Positions 28,335 through 37,251 of a stretch of 51,155 bases of DNA are shown here, one piece after another. The translations under genes and the position numbers were made by a program. Below the pieces are notes generated by a model that worked only from the letters and a program-made list of their open reading frames with translations, did not search any database and had not been told where the DNA came from. This stretch comes from Gemmatimonadales bacterium (GTDB lineage Bacteria > Gemmatimonadota > Gemmatimonadetes > Gemmatimonadales > JACORV01). Where the stretch lies: positions 1-51,155 of the forward strand of contig JBIOIA010000001.1 of the NCBI GenBank assembly GCA_044449445.1, given 5' to 3'. How positions within the stretch are numbered: position 1 is the first letter of the stretch; each line of letters begins with the position of its first letter.

Positions 28335-28791
28335 CACCGCCCTGCTGCTGCTCGCGCTGACCGCTCCGGCGGCCCGCGCGCAGCGCCGTCCGACGCCGCC
28401 GGCGCACGACAACCCTCCCATCCAGTCCCCGTCCCAGATCGTCGCCGACGCCGACGCGGCCCGCGCCGCAGTCGCGGCGTTCGTGTCCGCCGAGGCCCGG
28501 GGCGATGCGGGCGCCGACACGCTGCTCGCGCCCGGCGCCGACTTCATCCTGACCGGCGTCAAAGTGCACACCCGGCCGAGGCTCGCCGGACTCAACGGTC
28601 CGGGCGAGACGACGATCGGGGAGTCGGAGTGCACGCTCGCGGGAGCGTTCGCGTGGGTGGTGATCAACTACCGGTTCGCGGGGCGCACCAGCGATCTCGA
28701 CGAGGTCGCCCGCGCGACGTTCATCCTGGAAAAACAACGTGCCGGATGGCGGATCCGGCACGTCCACAGCAGCATGGTCGAGCGGTGGTGA
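28312..28791 (+). CDS. Secreted SnoaL/NTF2-like (DUF4440-like) protein
   Basis: Track ORF, 159 aa. Signal peptide ALLLLALTAPAARAQ. C-terminal ATFILEKQRAGWRIRHVHSS is typical of the NTF2-like fold. 23-nt overlap with the upstream gene. Confidence 0.55.
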   Translation: MRRCASASTALLLLALTAPAARAQRRPTPPAHDNPPIQSPSQIVADADAARAAVAAFVSAEARGDAGADTLLAPGADFILTGVKVHTRPRLAGLNGPGETTIGESECTLAGAFAWVVINYRFAGRTSDLDEVARATFILEKQRAGWRIRHVHSSMVERW

Positions 28792-29010
28792 TCAGGCCAC
28801 CGGCCGCTCTCCCTTGATCATCTCGTCGACCTTCCGCGCCGTGCTCGGCGCCACGAGCTTGAGCACCCAGTAGATGGCCAGCCCGATCAGCGCGAGCTTG
28901 AGCACGACGAACGCCAGTCCGACGGCCACGCCCAGCAGGCTGAAAGCCAGCCGCAGCGCGAAGAACGCGACGACCGCCAGCACCGCGAAGCCCAGTATTT
29001 TCCTCAACAT
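28792..29010 (-). CDS. Small membrane protein (72 aa, two TM helices)
   Basis: Track ORF. ATG preceded by GGAGGAG at about 5 nt spacing. ILGFAVLAVVAFFAL and GLAFVVLKLALIGLAIYWVL. Confidence 0.6.
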   Translation of the reverse strand: MLRKILGFAVLAVVAFFALRLAFSLLGVAVGLAFVVLKLALIGLAIYWVLKLVAPSTARKVDEMIKGERPVA

Positions 29011-29087
29011 GGCACTCCTCCAGCCTTTCTTGGTAACCGGCCCTACGAAGCTAGCGGGGCCGGAGTTTCACGCAACGGAGGCCGCCC

Positions 29088-30191
29088 GTGACTGACCGGT
29101 TCGACGTCGCCATTGTCGGGGCCGGCGTGGTCGGGTTGGCCGCCGCCCGGGCGCTGGCCCTGGCCGGCCGGCGGGTCCTGGTCCTGGATCCGGGGTCTCC
29201 CGGCGGCGAGGCCTCGGCAGCGTCCGCCGGGATGCTGGCCGCCCAGATCGAGGCCCACGCCGGCGAGGCGCTGCTGCGCTTCGGCATCGCCGGCCGCGAG
29301 CGCCACCAGGCGCTCGCCGCCGATTGCGCAGCGGCCGGGAACCCGTACCCGCTCTCGATGTCCGGCATCGCCGTCGTCGCCTTCGATGATGCGCGCGCCT
29401 CGGAGCTCGAGGCGCAAGCGGCCGCGCAGCGCGCGCTCGGACTCGAGGCCGAGTGGCTGACGCGCGCGGCACTCGCCAGGCGCCAGCCCGGAATCTCGGA
29501 AGAGGCTCGTGGCGCGTTCTTCGCGCCGCACGACGGGTTCCTCGACAACGTCGCCCTGTGCGCCGCCCTCGCGGCGACCGCGCGCGCGAGCGGCGCCGCG
29601 TTCGTGACCGACGCGGCACGCTCGCTCCAGACGCGCGCCGGCCAGGTGAGCGGGGTTCGCGGCGCGCGCGGCGAATTCGAAGCCGCCACGGTCGTGATCG
29701 CCGCAGGAGCGTGGTCGGGCGCCATCGGCGGCCTGCCGCGTCTCCTCCCGGTCGAACCCGTGCGCGGGCAAATGGCGGAAGTACCATGGCCCGTGGGCGA
29801 ACCCCGCAATGTGCTGTTCGGCCGCGCCGGCTACGCCGTGCCGCGCGCAGGTCGAGCGCTCCTGGGCAGCACGATGGAACGCGTGGGCTTCGACAAGGGC
29901 ACGACCGAGGAGGGACTCGCGCACATCCGGAACCAGGCGTCCCTCATCCTGCCCGCGCTCGCCAGGGCGCCGTTCACCAGGACGTGGTCCGGCCTGCGCC
30001 CGATGTCGCCCGACGGCCTGCCGATCCTGGGATACGATCCCGAGGTCAGGGGCCTGATCTACGCCACCGGCCACGGCCGCAACGGCATGCTCCTCGGGCC
30101 GATCAGCGGCGAGATCGTCCGCGACCTGGTTGTGCGCGGGGAAACTTCGTGGGACATCTCGGCGTATTCGATACGGAGGTTCGGCGGCTGA
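29088..30191 (+). CDS. thiO: FAD-dependent glycine oxidase-like oxidoreductase (DAO family)
   Basis: Track ORF, 367 aa, GTG start preceded by GGAGG. DVAIVGAGVVGLAAA (FAD), ASAASAGMLAAQ, GHGRNGMLLGP. Confidence 0.65.
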   Translation: MTDRFDVAIVGAGVVGLAAARALALAGRRVLVLDPGSPGGEASAASAGMLAAQIEAHAGEALLRFGIAGRERHQALAADCAAAGNPYPLSMSGIAVVAFDDARASELEAQAAAQRALGLEAEWLTRAALARRQPGISEEARGAFFAPHDGFLDNVALCAALAATARASGAAFVTDAARSLQTRAGQVSGVRGARGEFEAATVVIAAGAWSGAIGGLPRLLPVEPVRGQMAEVPWPVGEPRNVLFGRAGYAVPRAGRALLGSTMERVGFDKGTTEEGLAHIRNQASLILPALARAPFTRTWSGLRPMSPDGLPILGYDPEVRGLIYATGHGRNGMLLGPISGEIVRDLVVRGETSWDISAYSIRRFGG

Positions 30192-30196
30192 CCCTT

Positions 30197-31234
30197 ATGT
30201 ACACCACGTGCGGTTTCTGCGCGGGCGACCTCGGCGGCGACGGCGCCTCGAGCGGCCTCGGCGTCGGCCGTCGGTTCGCCTACGACGGGTGGCGCTCGCG
30301 CGCGTGGGTCATCTGCCAGCGCTGCGGGCGCTGGAACCTCACGCCGTTCGACTCGCGCGAGGATACGATCCAGAAGCTCGACGCGATGGCGAACGGCGGT
30401 CGCGTCGCGGCGACCAGCGAGCAGGTCGCGCTGATGCGTTCCGGCTCGTACGACGTGGTGCGCGTGGGACGACCGCTCCGGCCCGAGTTCGCGACCTGGC
30501 GTTACGGCGAGCGCATCAAGGCGCGCGAGCGCGAGCGGCTCAAGTTCATCATCCCCGCCACGGCGGTCGCGATCGGCGGCATGGTCGCCTTCAACTTCGC
30601 GATCGGCGGCAGCATGGCGTACATGGTCGGCCAGATTCCCGGCATGGCCGACTCGCTCTACACCACGATGGTGGGCAACCGCAAGGTGCCGAACGTCGAG
30701 CCGCCGATCTGTTCGAAGTGCGGCACGATCATGATCCTCAAGGCAAAACACGTTCAGCACGCCCGGCTGACCCACACGTCCCACGAGGACATGGCCCTGC
30801 TCCTGGCCTGCCCCAAGTGCCAGGCCTACGGCGCCCAGCTCGAGGGCGCCGACGCCGAGCAGGCGCTGCGCGCCGGCCTCACGTTCGTGAACCTGAAGAA
30901 GGGCAAGCGCATCAAGCGGAAGGCCGAGGAGGCCGCCGGCTACGTGGACCGTCACGGCGGCCCGGAACGGTTCATCCAGGTCACGACCCGGTTCGAGAAG
31001 CCGGTGAGCGCGCTGGTCGGGACCGAGGCGCTGGCCCTCGAAATGGCGGTGGACGAGCAGGCCGAGCTGCGGGAGCTGGAGCGCCAGTGGCGGCAGGCGG
31101 AGGAGATCGCCAACATCGCCGACGGCCTGCTGGTGGATCCGAGGATCGAAAAGGAACTGGAGGACGTACGGCAGCGCGCTCGGAACCTGCCCGGCCAGCC
31201 ACCACACCCTGGAGCCGATCAACCAAACGGTTGA
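30197..31234 (+). CDS. Hypothetical membrane-anchored protein with two CxxC...CxxC zinc-ribbon-like motifs and a C-terminal coiled coil
   Basis: ATG at 30197 in track ORF 29453..31234, 345 aa. CGFCAG..CQRCGRW; TM region IIPATAVAIGGMVAFNFAIGGSMAYMV; CSKCGT..CPKCQA; C-terminal ELRELERQWRQAEEI. Confidence 0.6.
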   Translation: MYTTCGFCAGDLGGDGASSGLGVGRRFAYDGWRSRAWVICQRCGRWNLTPFDSREDTIQKLDAMANGGRVAATSEQVALMRSGSYDVVRVGRPLRPEFATWRYGERIKARERERLKFIIPATAVAIGGMVAFNFAIGGSMAYMVGQIPGMADSLYTTMVGNRKVPNVEPPICSKCGTIMILKAKHVQHARLTHTSHEDMALLLACPKCQAYGAQLEGADAEQALRAGLTFVNLKKGKRIKRKAEEAAGYVDRHGGPERFIQVTTRFEKPVSALVGTEALALEMAVDEQAELRELERQWRQAEEIANIADGLLVDPRIEKELEDVRQRARNLPGQPPHPGADQPNG

Positions 31235-31279
31235 TCCTGTCTGGTTGGCCCCCCCGGCCGGGGCTATCTTTCGCCCCGC

Positions 31280-32212
31280 ATGGCCACTCCCCTCCCGCTG
31301 GTCCAGATCACGCCGAGCAATCGCGCCAGCCTCGCGCAGCCCATCGCCCGGAAGCCGGCCTGGCTCAAGGTGAAAGCGCCGGGCGGCGCGGCGTACGTCG
31401 GCGTGAAGGGCCTGCTCAAGGGCCTGAACCTGCACACGGTCTGCGAGGAGGCCCACTGCCCCAACATCGGGGAGTGCTGGGACCACCGGGCCGCGACGTT
31501 CATGATCCTGGGTGACGTCTGCACCCGGAATTGCGCGTACTGCGCGGTCGCCCACGGCACGCCCGCCGCGCTCGACACCGAAGAGCCGCGCCGCCTCGCC
31601 GAGGCGGTCGCCGCGATGCAGATGCGGCACATCGTGGTCACCAGCGTGGATCGCGACGACCTCCCGAACGGCGGTGCGGAGATGTTCGCGGCCGTCGTGA
31701 CGGAGACGCGCGAGCGCTCGCCCGCCACGTCCATCGAGCTGCTGATCCCCGACTTCAAGGGCAGCGAGACGGCCCTGCGCATCGTGGTGGAGGCCGGGCC
31801 CGACATCCTGAACCACAACCTCGAAACGGTGCCTCGGCTGTACCGCATCGCGCGCCCCGGCGGCCGCTACGATCGCGCGCTCGAGCTGATCGGCCGCATC
31901 AAGCGGATGGATCCGGACATGCTCTCCAAGTCCGGCATCATGGTCGGCCTGGGCGAGCAGTGGGACGAGCTGCTCACCGCGATCCGCGACCTCCGCGCCG
32001 TGGGCTGCGACATCCTCACCATCGGCCAGTACCTGCGCCCCTCGGCGGACCACATGCCGGTCGCGCGCTTCTACACGCCGGACGAATTCGGCCAGCTCAA
32101 GGACTTCGCCGAATCGCTCGGCTTCCGCCACGTGCTCTCGGGCCCGCTGGTGCGCTCATCCTACCACGCGTGGGAGCAGGCCGAGCGCGCCGGCGCGGCG
32201 ACCGAGCCGTGA
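31280..32212 (+). CDS. lipA: Lipoyl synthase
   Basis: Track ORF, 310 aa. CEEAHCPNIGEC (auxiliary cluster) and CTRNCAYC (radical-SAM CxxxCxxC). Confidence 0.95.
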   Translation: MATPLPLVQITPSNRASLAQPIARKPAWLKVKAPGGAAYVGVKGLLKGLNLHTVCEEAHCPNIGECWDHRAATFMILGDVCTRNCAYCAVAHGTPAALDTEEPRRLAEAVAAMQMRHIVVTSVDRDDLPNGGAEMFAAVVTETRERSPATSIELLIPDFKGSETALRIVVEAGPDILNHNLETVPRLYRIARPGGRYDRALELIGRIKRMDPDMLSKSGIMVGLGEQWDELLTAIRDLRAVGCDILTIGQYLRPSADHMPVARFYTPDEFGQLKDFAESLGFRHVLSGPLVRSSYHAWEQAERAGAATEP

Positions 32213-33243
32213 AGGCACCCCCGGCGAAGGGCGCGAGCCGCGCAGGGGCGGCGCAGCCCGCCGACGCGCTCGCCGGCGAGGACCCGGCCGCGCTGCGCGG
32301 CTACCTGCGCAACATGCTGCTGATCCGCCGCTTCGAGGAGCGGGCGGGCGAGCAGTATGCGTTAGGCAGGATCGGCGGGTTCTGCCACCTGTACATCGGC
32401 CAGGAAGCCGTGGCGGTCGGCACGATGGCGGCGCTGCGCAAGGACGACCTGGTGATGTGCAGCTATCGCGATCACGGCCACGCGCTGGCGCGCGGCATGA
32501 GCGCCCGCGCGGTGATGGCCGAGCTGTTCGGCAAGGCGACGGGCTGCTCGGCAGGCAAGGGCGGCTCGATGCACCTGTTCGACGCCGAGAAGGGCTTTCT
32601 CGGCGGGCACGCGATCGTGGGCGGGCACATCCCGCTCGTCACGGGCGCGGCGTTCGCGATCAAGTATCGGGGCACAGGCCAGGTCTCGGTCGGGTTCTTC
32701 GGCGAGGCCGCGGTCAACAACGGGGCGTTCCACGAGGCCCTGAACATGGCCGCCCTGTGGAAGCTGCCCGCGATCTACGTCTGCGAGAACAACCGCTACG
32801 GCATGGGCACCGCGCTGGAGCGCGCGAGCGCGATCTACGACGTCGCCGCGCGGGCGTGCAGCTACGACATGCCCGCCGAGACCGTGGACGGCATGGAGGT
32901 GCTGGCGGTGCGCGAGGCGGTGGCGCGCGCCGCGACTCGGGCGCGCGAGAGCAAGGAGCCCACGCTGCTCGAGATCCGTACCTACCGGTTCATGGGCCAC
33001 TCGATGTCGGATCCGATCCACGGCCACTACCGGACCAAGGAAGAAGTCGAGCAGCAGAAGCTGCGCGATCCGTTGATCACGTTCCGCAAGCGGCTCTCGG
33101 ACGCCAGGCTCCTGACCGAAGACCAGTGGCAGACGATGGAGGCCGACGTCCTGGCCGAGGTCGAGGATTCCGTGCGGTTCGCCGACGAGAGCCCCGATCC
33201 CGATCCGTCCGAGCTCAAGACCCACGTCTACTCGGACGGCTGA
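32209..33243 (+). CDS. pdhA: Pyruvate dehydrogenase E1 alpha subunit
   Basis: GTG at 32209 (GTGA overlap with lipA) in track ORF 31531..33243. FCHLYIGQEA, GKGGSMH, FFGEAAVNNGAFHEALN, CENNRYGMGT, YRFMGHSMSDP. Confidence 0.9.
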   Translation: MKAPPAKGASRAGAAQPADALAGEDPAALRGYLRNMLLIRRFEERAGEQYALGRIGGFCHLYIGQEAVAVGTMAALRKDDLVMCSYRDHGHALARGMSARAVMAELFGKATGCSAGKGGSMHLFDAEKGFLGGHAIVGGHIPLVTGAAFAIKYRGTGQVSVGFFGEAAVNNGAFHEALNMAALWKLPAIYVCENNRYGMGTALERASAIYDVAARACSYDMPAETVDGMEVLAVREAVARAATRARESKEPTLLEIRTYRFMGHSMSDPIHGHYRTKEEVEQQKLRDPLITFRKRLSDARLLTEDQWQTMEADVLAEVEDSVRFADESPDPDPSELKTHVYSDG

Positions 33244-33244
33244 C

Positions 33245-34225
33245 GTGGCGACGCTGACCTACCGGGACGCGCTGAACCAGGCGCTGCGCGAGGAAATGCG
33301 GCGCAACGACAAGGTCTTCCTCATGGGCGAGGAAGTCGGCGTCTACCAGGGCGCCTACAAGGTGAGCCGCGGGCTGCTCGAGGAATTCGGCCCGACGCGC
33401 GTCGTGGACACGCCGATCACCGAGTTGGGCTTCGCCGGCGTCGGCGTCGGCGCGGCGATGGGCGGCCTGGTGCCCGTCATCGAGTTCATGACCTGGAACT
33501 TCGCGCTGCTCGCAATCGACCAGATCGTCAATTCCGCGGCCAAGATGCTGTACATGTCGGCCGGCCAGGTGAAGATGCCGATCGTGTTCCGCGGCCCGGG
33601 CGGTGCCGCGCTCCAGCTCGCCGCGCAGCACTCCCAGTCCTTCGAGTCGTGGTTCGCCAACGTGCCGGGCCTGAAGGTCGTCATGCCCGCGACGCCGGCG
33701 GACGCCAAGGGACTGCTCAAGAGCGCGATCCGCGACGGCAACCCCGTCGTGTTCATCGAAGGCGAGATGCTGTACAACACCAAGGGCGAGGTGCCCGAGG
33801 GCGAGTACACCATTCCGCTGGGTGCGGCCGACATCAAGCGCGAAGGCAGAGACGTCACGATCGTCGCGCACGCCAAGATGGTCTCGGTCGCGCTCAAGGC
33901 CGCCGAGGAGCTCGCGAAGGAGGGCATCCAGGCGGAGGTCGTGGACCCGCGCACCATCCGCCCGCTCGACGTCGCGACGATCGCCGCCTCGGTGAAGAAG
34001 ACCAACCGCTGCGTGATCGTCGAGGAGGGCTGGCCGTTCGCCGGCGTCGGCGCGCAGTTCGCGTACGACGTTCAGAAGGAAGCGTTCGACTGGCTCGACG
34101 CGCCGATCGTGCGCGTCGCCGGCGAGGACGTCCCGATGCCGTACAACAAGGCGCTCGAAAAACTCGCCAAGCCGGACGCCGCGAAGGTTGCGGCCGCCTG
34201 CCGGCAGGTCTGCTACAGGGCCTGA
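33245..34225 (+). CDS. pdhB: Pyruvate dehydrogenase E1 beta subunit
   Basis: Track ORF, 326 aa. FLMGEEVG.YQGAYKVS, DTPITE, IEFMTWNF, PGLKVV.P. Confidence 0.9.
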   Translation: MATLTYRDALNQALREEMRRNDKVFLMGEEVGVYQGAYKVSRGLLEEFGPTRVVDTPITELGFAGVGVGAAMGGLVPVIEFMTWNFALLAIDQIVNSAAKMLYMSAGQVKMPIVFRGPGGAALQLAAQHSQSFESWFANVPGLKVVMPATPADAKGLLKSAIRDGNPVVFIEGEMLYNTKGEVPEGEYTIPLGAADIKREGRDVTIVAHAKMVSVALKAAEELAKEGIQAEVVDPRTIRPLDVATIAASVKKTNRCVIVEEGWPFAGVGAQFAYDVQKEAFDWLDAPIVRVAGEDVPMPYNKALEKLAKPDAAKVAAACRQVCYRA

Positions 34226-34228
34226 CGC

Positions 34229-35446
34229 GTGGCCACCAGGGTCGTGATGGAGGCGCTCTCGCCCACGATGGAGGAGGGGCGGCTCGTCTCGTGGAAGAAG
34301 AAGGAGGGCGACGCGGTGAAGGCGGGCGAGACGCTGGCCGAGGTCGAGACCGACAAGGCCGTGATGGACCTGGTCGCGCGCGGTGACGGCGTGCTGCGCA
34401 AGATCATCCTCCAGGAAGGCGCGACGGTTCCGGTGAGCGCGCTGGTCGCGATCATCGGAGCGCCTAACGAGGACATCAGCGCCCTCGCGGGCGACGGCGG
34501 AAAGGGCACAGCGCCGGCCGAAAGTACGCGTCCTGAAGGACGCGCTCGGCCAGAGCAAGTCCTGAAGGACTCCGGCCTGGCGCCGGCTCCTTCGGCTTCC
34601 GGCCGAGTCCTCGCCTCGCCACTGGCCCGCCGCATGGCCGCGGAGAAGGGGCTGGACCTGAGTCACGTCACGGGCAGCGGGCCGGCGGGCCGCGTGACCA
34701 AGCGTGACATCGAGTCCGCAGGTGTCTCTCTGCCGCCCGCCGCCGGCCATCCGACGCCTGTTGCCGGCTTCACCGATGTTCCGCTCACCCAGATCCGCAA
34801 GACCATCGCGAAGCGCCTCGTCCAGTCCATCGGCCCGGTCCCGCACTTCTTTCTGACGACCGAGATCGACATGGAGCGCGCGTGGGACCTGCGCGCCGCG
34901 CTCAAGGCAAAAGGCGACCAGTACGCCGTTTCCTTCAACGACATCGTGATCAAGGCGGTCGCGCTCGCGCTGCGCCGCCACGGCGCGTGCAACGCGTGGT
35001 GGATGGAGGACCACATCCGCTACCACGGCGACGTGCACGTCGGCATGGCGGTCGCGGTCGAAGACGGCCTGATCACGCCCGTGATCCGCTTCGCCGACCA
35101 GAAGGGCCTCCAGGCGATCAGCGCCGAGGCGAAGACGCTCGCCGAGAAAGCACGCGCGCGCCGGCTCACGCCCGAGGAGTACAGCGGCGCGACGTTCAGC
35201 ATCTCCAACCTCGGCATGTTCGAGATCGACGAGTTCACCGCGGTGATCAACCCGCCCGAGGCCGGGATCCTCGCCGTCGGGCGCATCGCGCAGAAGCCGG
35301 CCGTGGTGGACGGCCAGGTCGTGCCGCGCCGGATGATGCGCGTCACCATGTCGTGCGACCACCGCGTGATCGACGGCGCCACCGGCGCCGATTTCCTCCA
35401 GACCGTGAAGCTCAACCTCGAGAACCCCCTGGCGATGCTGCTCTAG
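34229..35446 (+). CDS. Dihydrolipoamide acetyltransferase (E2)
   Basis: Track ORF, 405 aa. Lipoyl motif VETDKAVMDL. E3-binding ASPLARRMAAEKGLDLSHVTGSGPAGRVTKRDI. Catalytic SCDHRVIDGA. Confidence 0.9.
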   Translation: MATRVVMEALSPTMEEGRLVSWKKKEGDAVKAGETLAEVETDKAVMDLVARGDGVLRKIILQEGATVPVSALVAIIGAPNEDISALAGDGGKGTAPAESTRPEGRARPEQVLKDSGLAPAPSASGRVLASPLARRMAAEKGLDLSHVTGSGPAGRVTKRDIESAGVSLPPAAGHPTPVAGFTDVPLTQIRKTIAKRLVQSIGPVPHFFLTTEIDMERAWDLRAALKAKGDQYAVSFNDIVIKAVALALRRHGACNAWWMEDHIRYHGDVHVGMAVAVEDGLITPVIRFADQKGLQAISAEAKTLAEKARARRLTPEEYSGATFSISNLGMFEIDEFTAVINPPEAGILAVGRIAQKPAVVDGQVVPRRMMRVTMSCDHRVIDGATGADFLQTVKLNLENPLAMLL

Positions 35447-35455
35447 GAGCAATTC

Positions 35456-36856
35456 GTGGCGACCCAATTCGACGTCATCATCATCGGCGGCGGCCCCGGC
35501 GGTTACGTGTGCGCGATCCGCTGCGCCCAGCTCGGCATGACCGCGGCCGTGGTCGAAAAGGACAAGATGGGCGGCGTGTGCGTGAACATCGGCTGCATCC
35601 CGACCAAGGCCCTGCTCCACTCGGCGGCCACGATCGCGAGCCTCAAGGGCGCCGCGGACCTCGGCATCACGACCGGCGAGATCAAGACCGACTACGGCGT
35701 GGCCATGAAGCGCTCGCGCCGCGTCGCCGAGGCGAACTCGAAGGGCGCCGAGTTCCTGATGAAGAAGAACAAGATCGAGGTCATCAAGGGCACCGGCACC
35801 GTGAAGCCCGGCCGCAAGGTCTCGGTGAGGACGGACGCGGGAACGCAGGAGCTCACGGCGACCAAGGCGATCGTGATCGCGACGGGCTCACGTCCCAAGG
35901 ACATCCCGGCGATCGGGCTCGCGTTCAACGGCAAGACGATCTTCAGCTCCACCGAGGCGTTGTTCCTGGAGAAAGCGCCGCCCACGATGGCGATCGTGGG
36001 CGCCGGCGCCGTGGGCTGCGAATTCGCCGACGTGTTCAGCGCCTTCGGCACCAGGGTGACCCTGGTCGAGATGCTGCCGCGGCTGCTGCCCGTCGAGGAC
36101 GGCGAGAGCTCGGAGGCGCTTGCCAAGGCGTTCAAGAAGCGCGGCATCGCCATGCTGGTGGGCGCGAAGATCGGCAAGGCGGCCGCCAGGGGAAGCGGCG
36201 TCGCGCTCGAGGTCGAGGCCGGCGGCAAGAAGGAGTCCCTCGAGGTCGCATGCGTGCTGGTCGCCGCGGGCCGCGCGCCCAACTGCGAGAACATCGGTCT
36301 CGAGGCCGTCGGCATCGCCCTCGACCGGGGCTTCATCAAGGTGGACAAGACGCTCCAGACGAACGTGCCGGGCTACTACGCCATCGGCGACGTCGCCGGC
36401 CCGCCGCTGCTGGCCCACAAGGGCAGCCGCGAAGGCATCGTCGCGGCCGAGGCGATTGCGGGCAAGAAGCCGCACCCGATCGACTACAGCAACGTGCCGG
36501 GCGCGACCTACTGCCATCCTGAGGTCGCGAGCATCGGCATGACCGAGGAGGCGTGCAAGGAAAAGAAGGTCGACTACAAGGTCGGGCGCTTCCCGTTCAG
36601 CGCCAACGGCCGCGCGCGCACGGCCGGCGAGACCGACGGGTTCGTCAAGATCATCACCGACAGGAAGTACGGTGAGATCCTCGGCGCGCATATCGTCGGC
36701 GCACACGCGACGGAACTGATCCACGAGCTCGCGGTCGCGCGCGCCAACGAGTACACGGTCGAGGAAATCGAGCTCGCGATCCACGCGCACCCCACGCTGT
36801 CGGAGGCGATCGACCAGGCCGCGCTCGACGCGATGGGACGGGCGATCGACTTCTGA
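35456..36856 (+). CDS. lpdA: Dihydrolipoyl dehydrogenase (E3)
   Basis: Track ORF, 466 aa, GTG preceded by AGGAG. IIIGGGPGGY, redox-active GGVCVNIGCIPTK, C-terminal HAHPTLSE. Confidence 0.92.
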   Translation: MATQFDVIIIGGGPGGYVCAIRCAQLGMTAAVVEKDKMGGVCVNIGCIPTKALLHSAATIASLKGAADLGITTGEIKTDYGVAMKRSRRVAEANSKGAEFLMKKNKIEVIKGTGTVKPGRKVSVRTDAGTQELTATKAIVIATGSRPKDIPAIGLAFNGKTIFSSTEALFLEKAPPTMAIVGAGAVGCEFADVFSAFGTRVTLVEMLPRLLPVEDGESSEALAKAFKKRGIAMLVGAKIGKAAARGSGVALEVEAGGKKESLEVACVLVAAGRAPNCENIGLEAVGIALDRGFIKVDKTLQTNVPGYYAIGDVAGPPLLAHKGSREGIVAAEAIAGKKPHPIDYSNVPGATYCHPEVASIGMTEEACKEKKVDYKVGRFPFSANGRARTAGETDGFVKIITDRKYGEILGAHIVGAHATELIHELAVARANEYTVEEIELAIHAHPTLSEAIDQAALDAMGRAIDF

Positions 36857-36906
36857 CCGACAGAGGCTCGGACTGGGCGGCCGCCGGCACCGCGCTCACC
36901 GCGATC

Positions 36907-37251
36907 GTGGTCGGCGGCGGATCGGGCGGCGCGCTCCTCTGCCTCGTGCTGGCCGCGGCGCACGGCATGCCGCGCGGGCCCGACACTGCTTTCTCGAGGA
37001 TCGCCATCGGTGCCCTGGCCACGTCCATGACGTCCGCCATCGGCATCGGCTTCGCCCTCGCCCGCCCGCTCGGCGTGTGGCGCGCCGCCGTCTCCGCGAT
37101 GGTCTCGCTCGCGGGTGCCGCACTCGTCGGCGTCCTGACGACCGCCGCCGACATCGCGGGCGGAGCCGTTGGCCTGCTCGCCCTCGCGGCACTGTGCATC
37201 GCCGTCTCGTTAGGCGCCTGGCGGATCCGGCCGCTGAAGGGCGAGACATGA
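36907..37251 (+). CDS. Small hydrophobic protein (about 114 aa, 3-4 TM) between lpdA and lipB
   Basis: Track ORF. High GC3. Stop overlaps the lipB ATG (ATGA at 37248..37251). The true start may lie upstream because the frame is open back into the lpdA end. Confidence 0.45.
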   Translation: MVGGGSGGALLCLVLAAAHGMPRGPDTAFSRIAIGALATSMTSAIGIGFALARPLGVWRAAVSAMVSLAGAALVGVLTTAADIAGGAVGLLALAALCIAVSLGAWRIRPLKGET

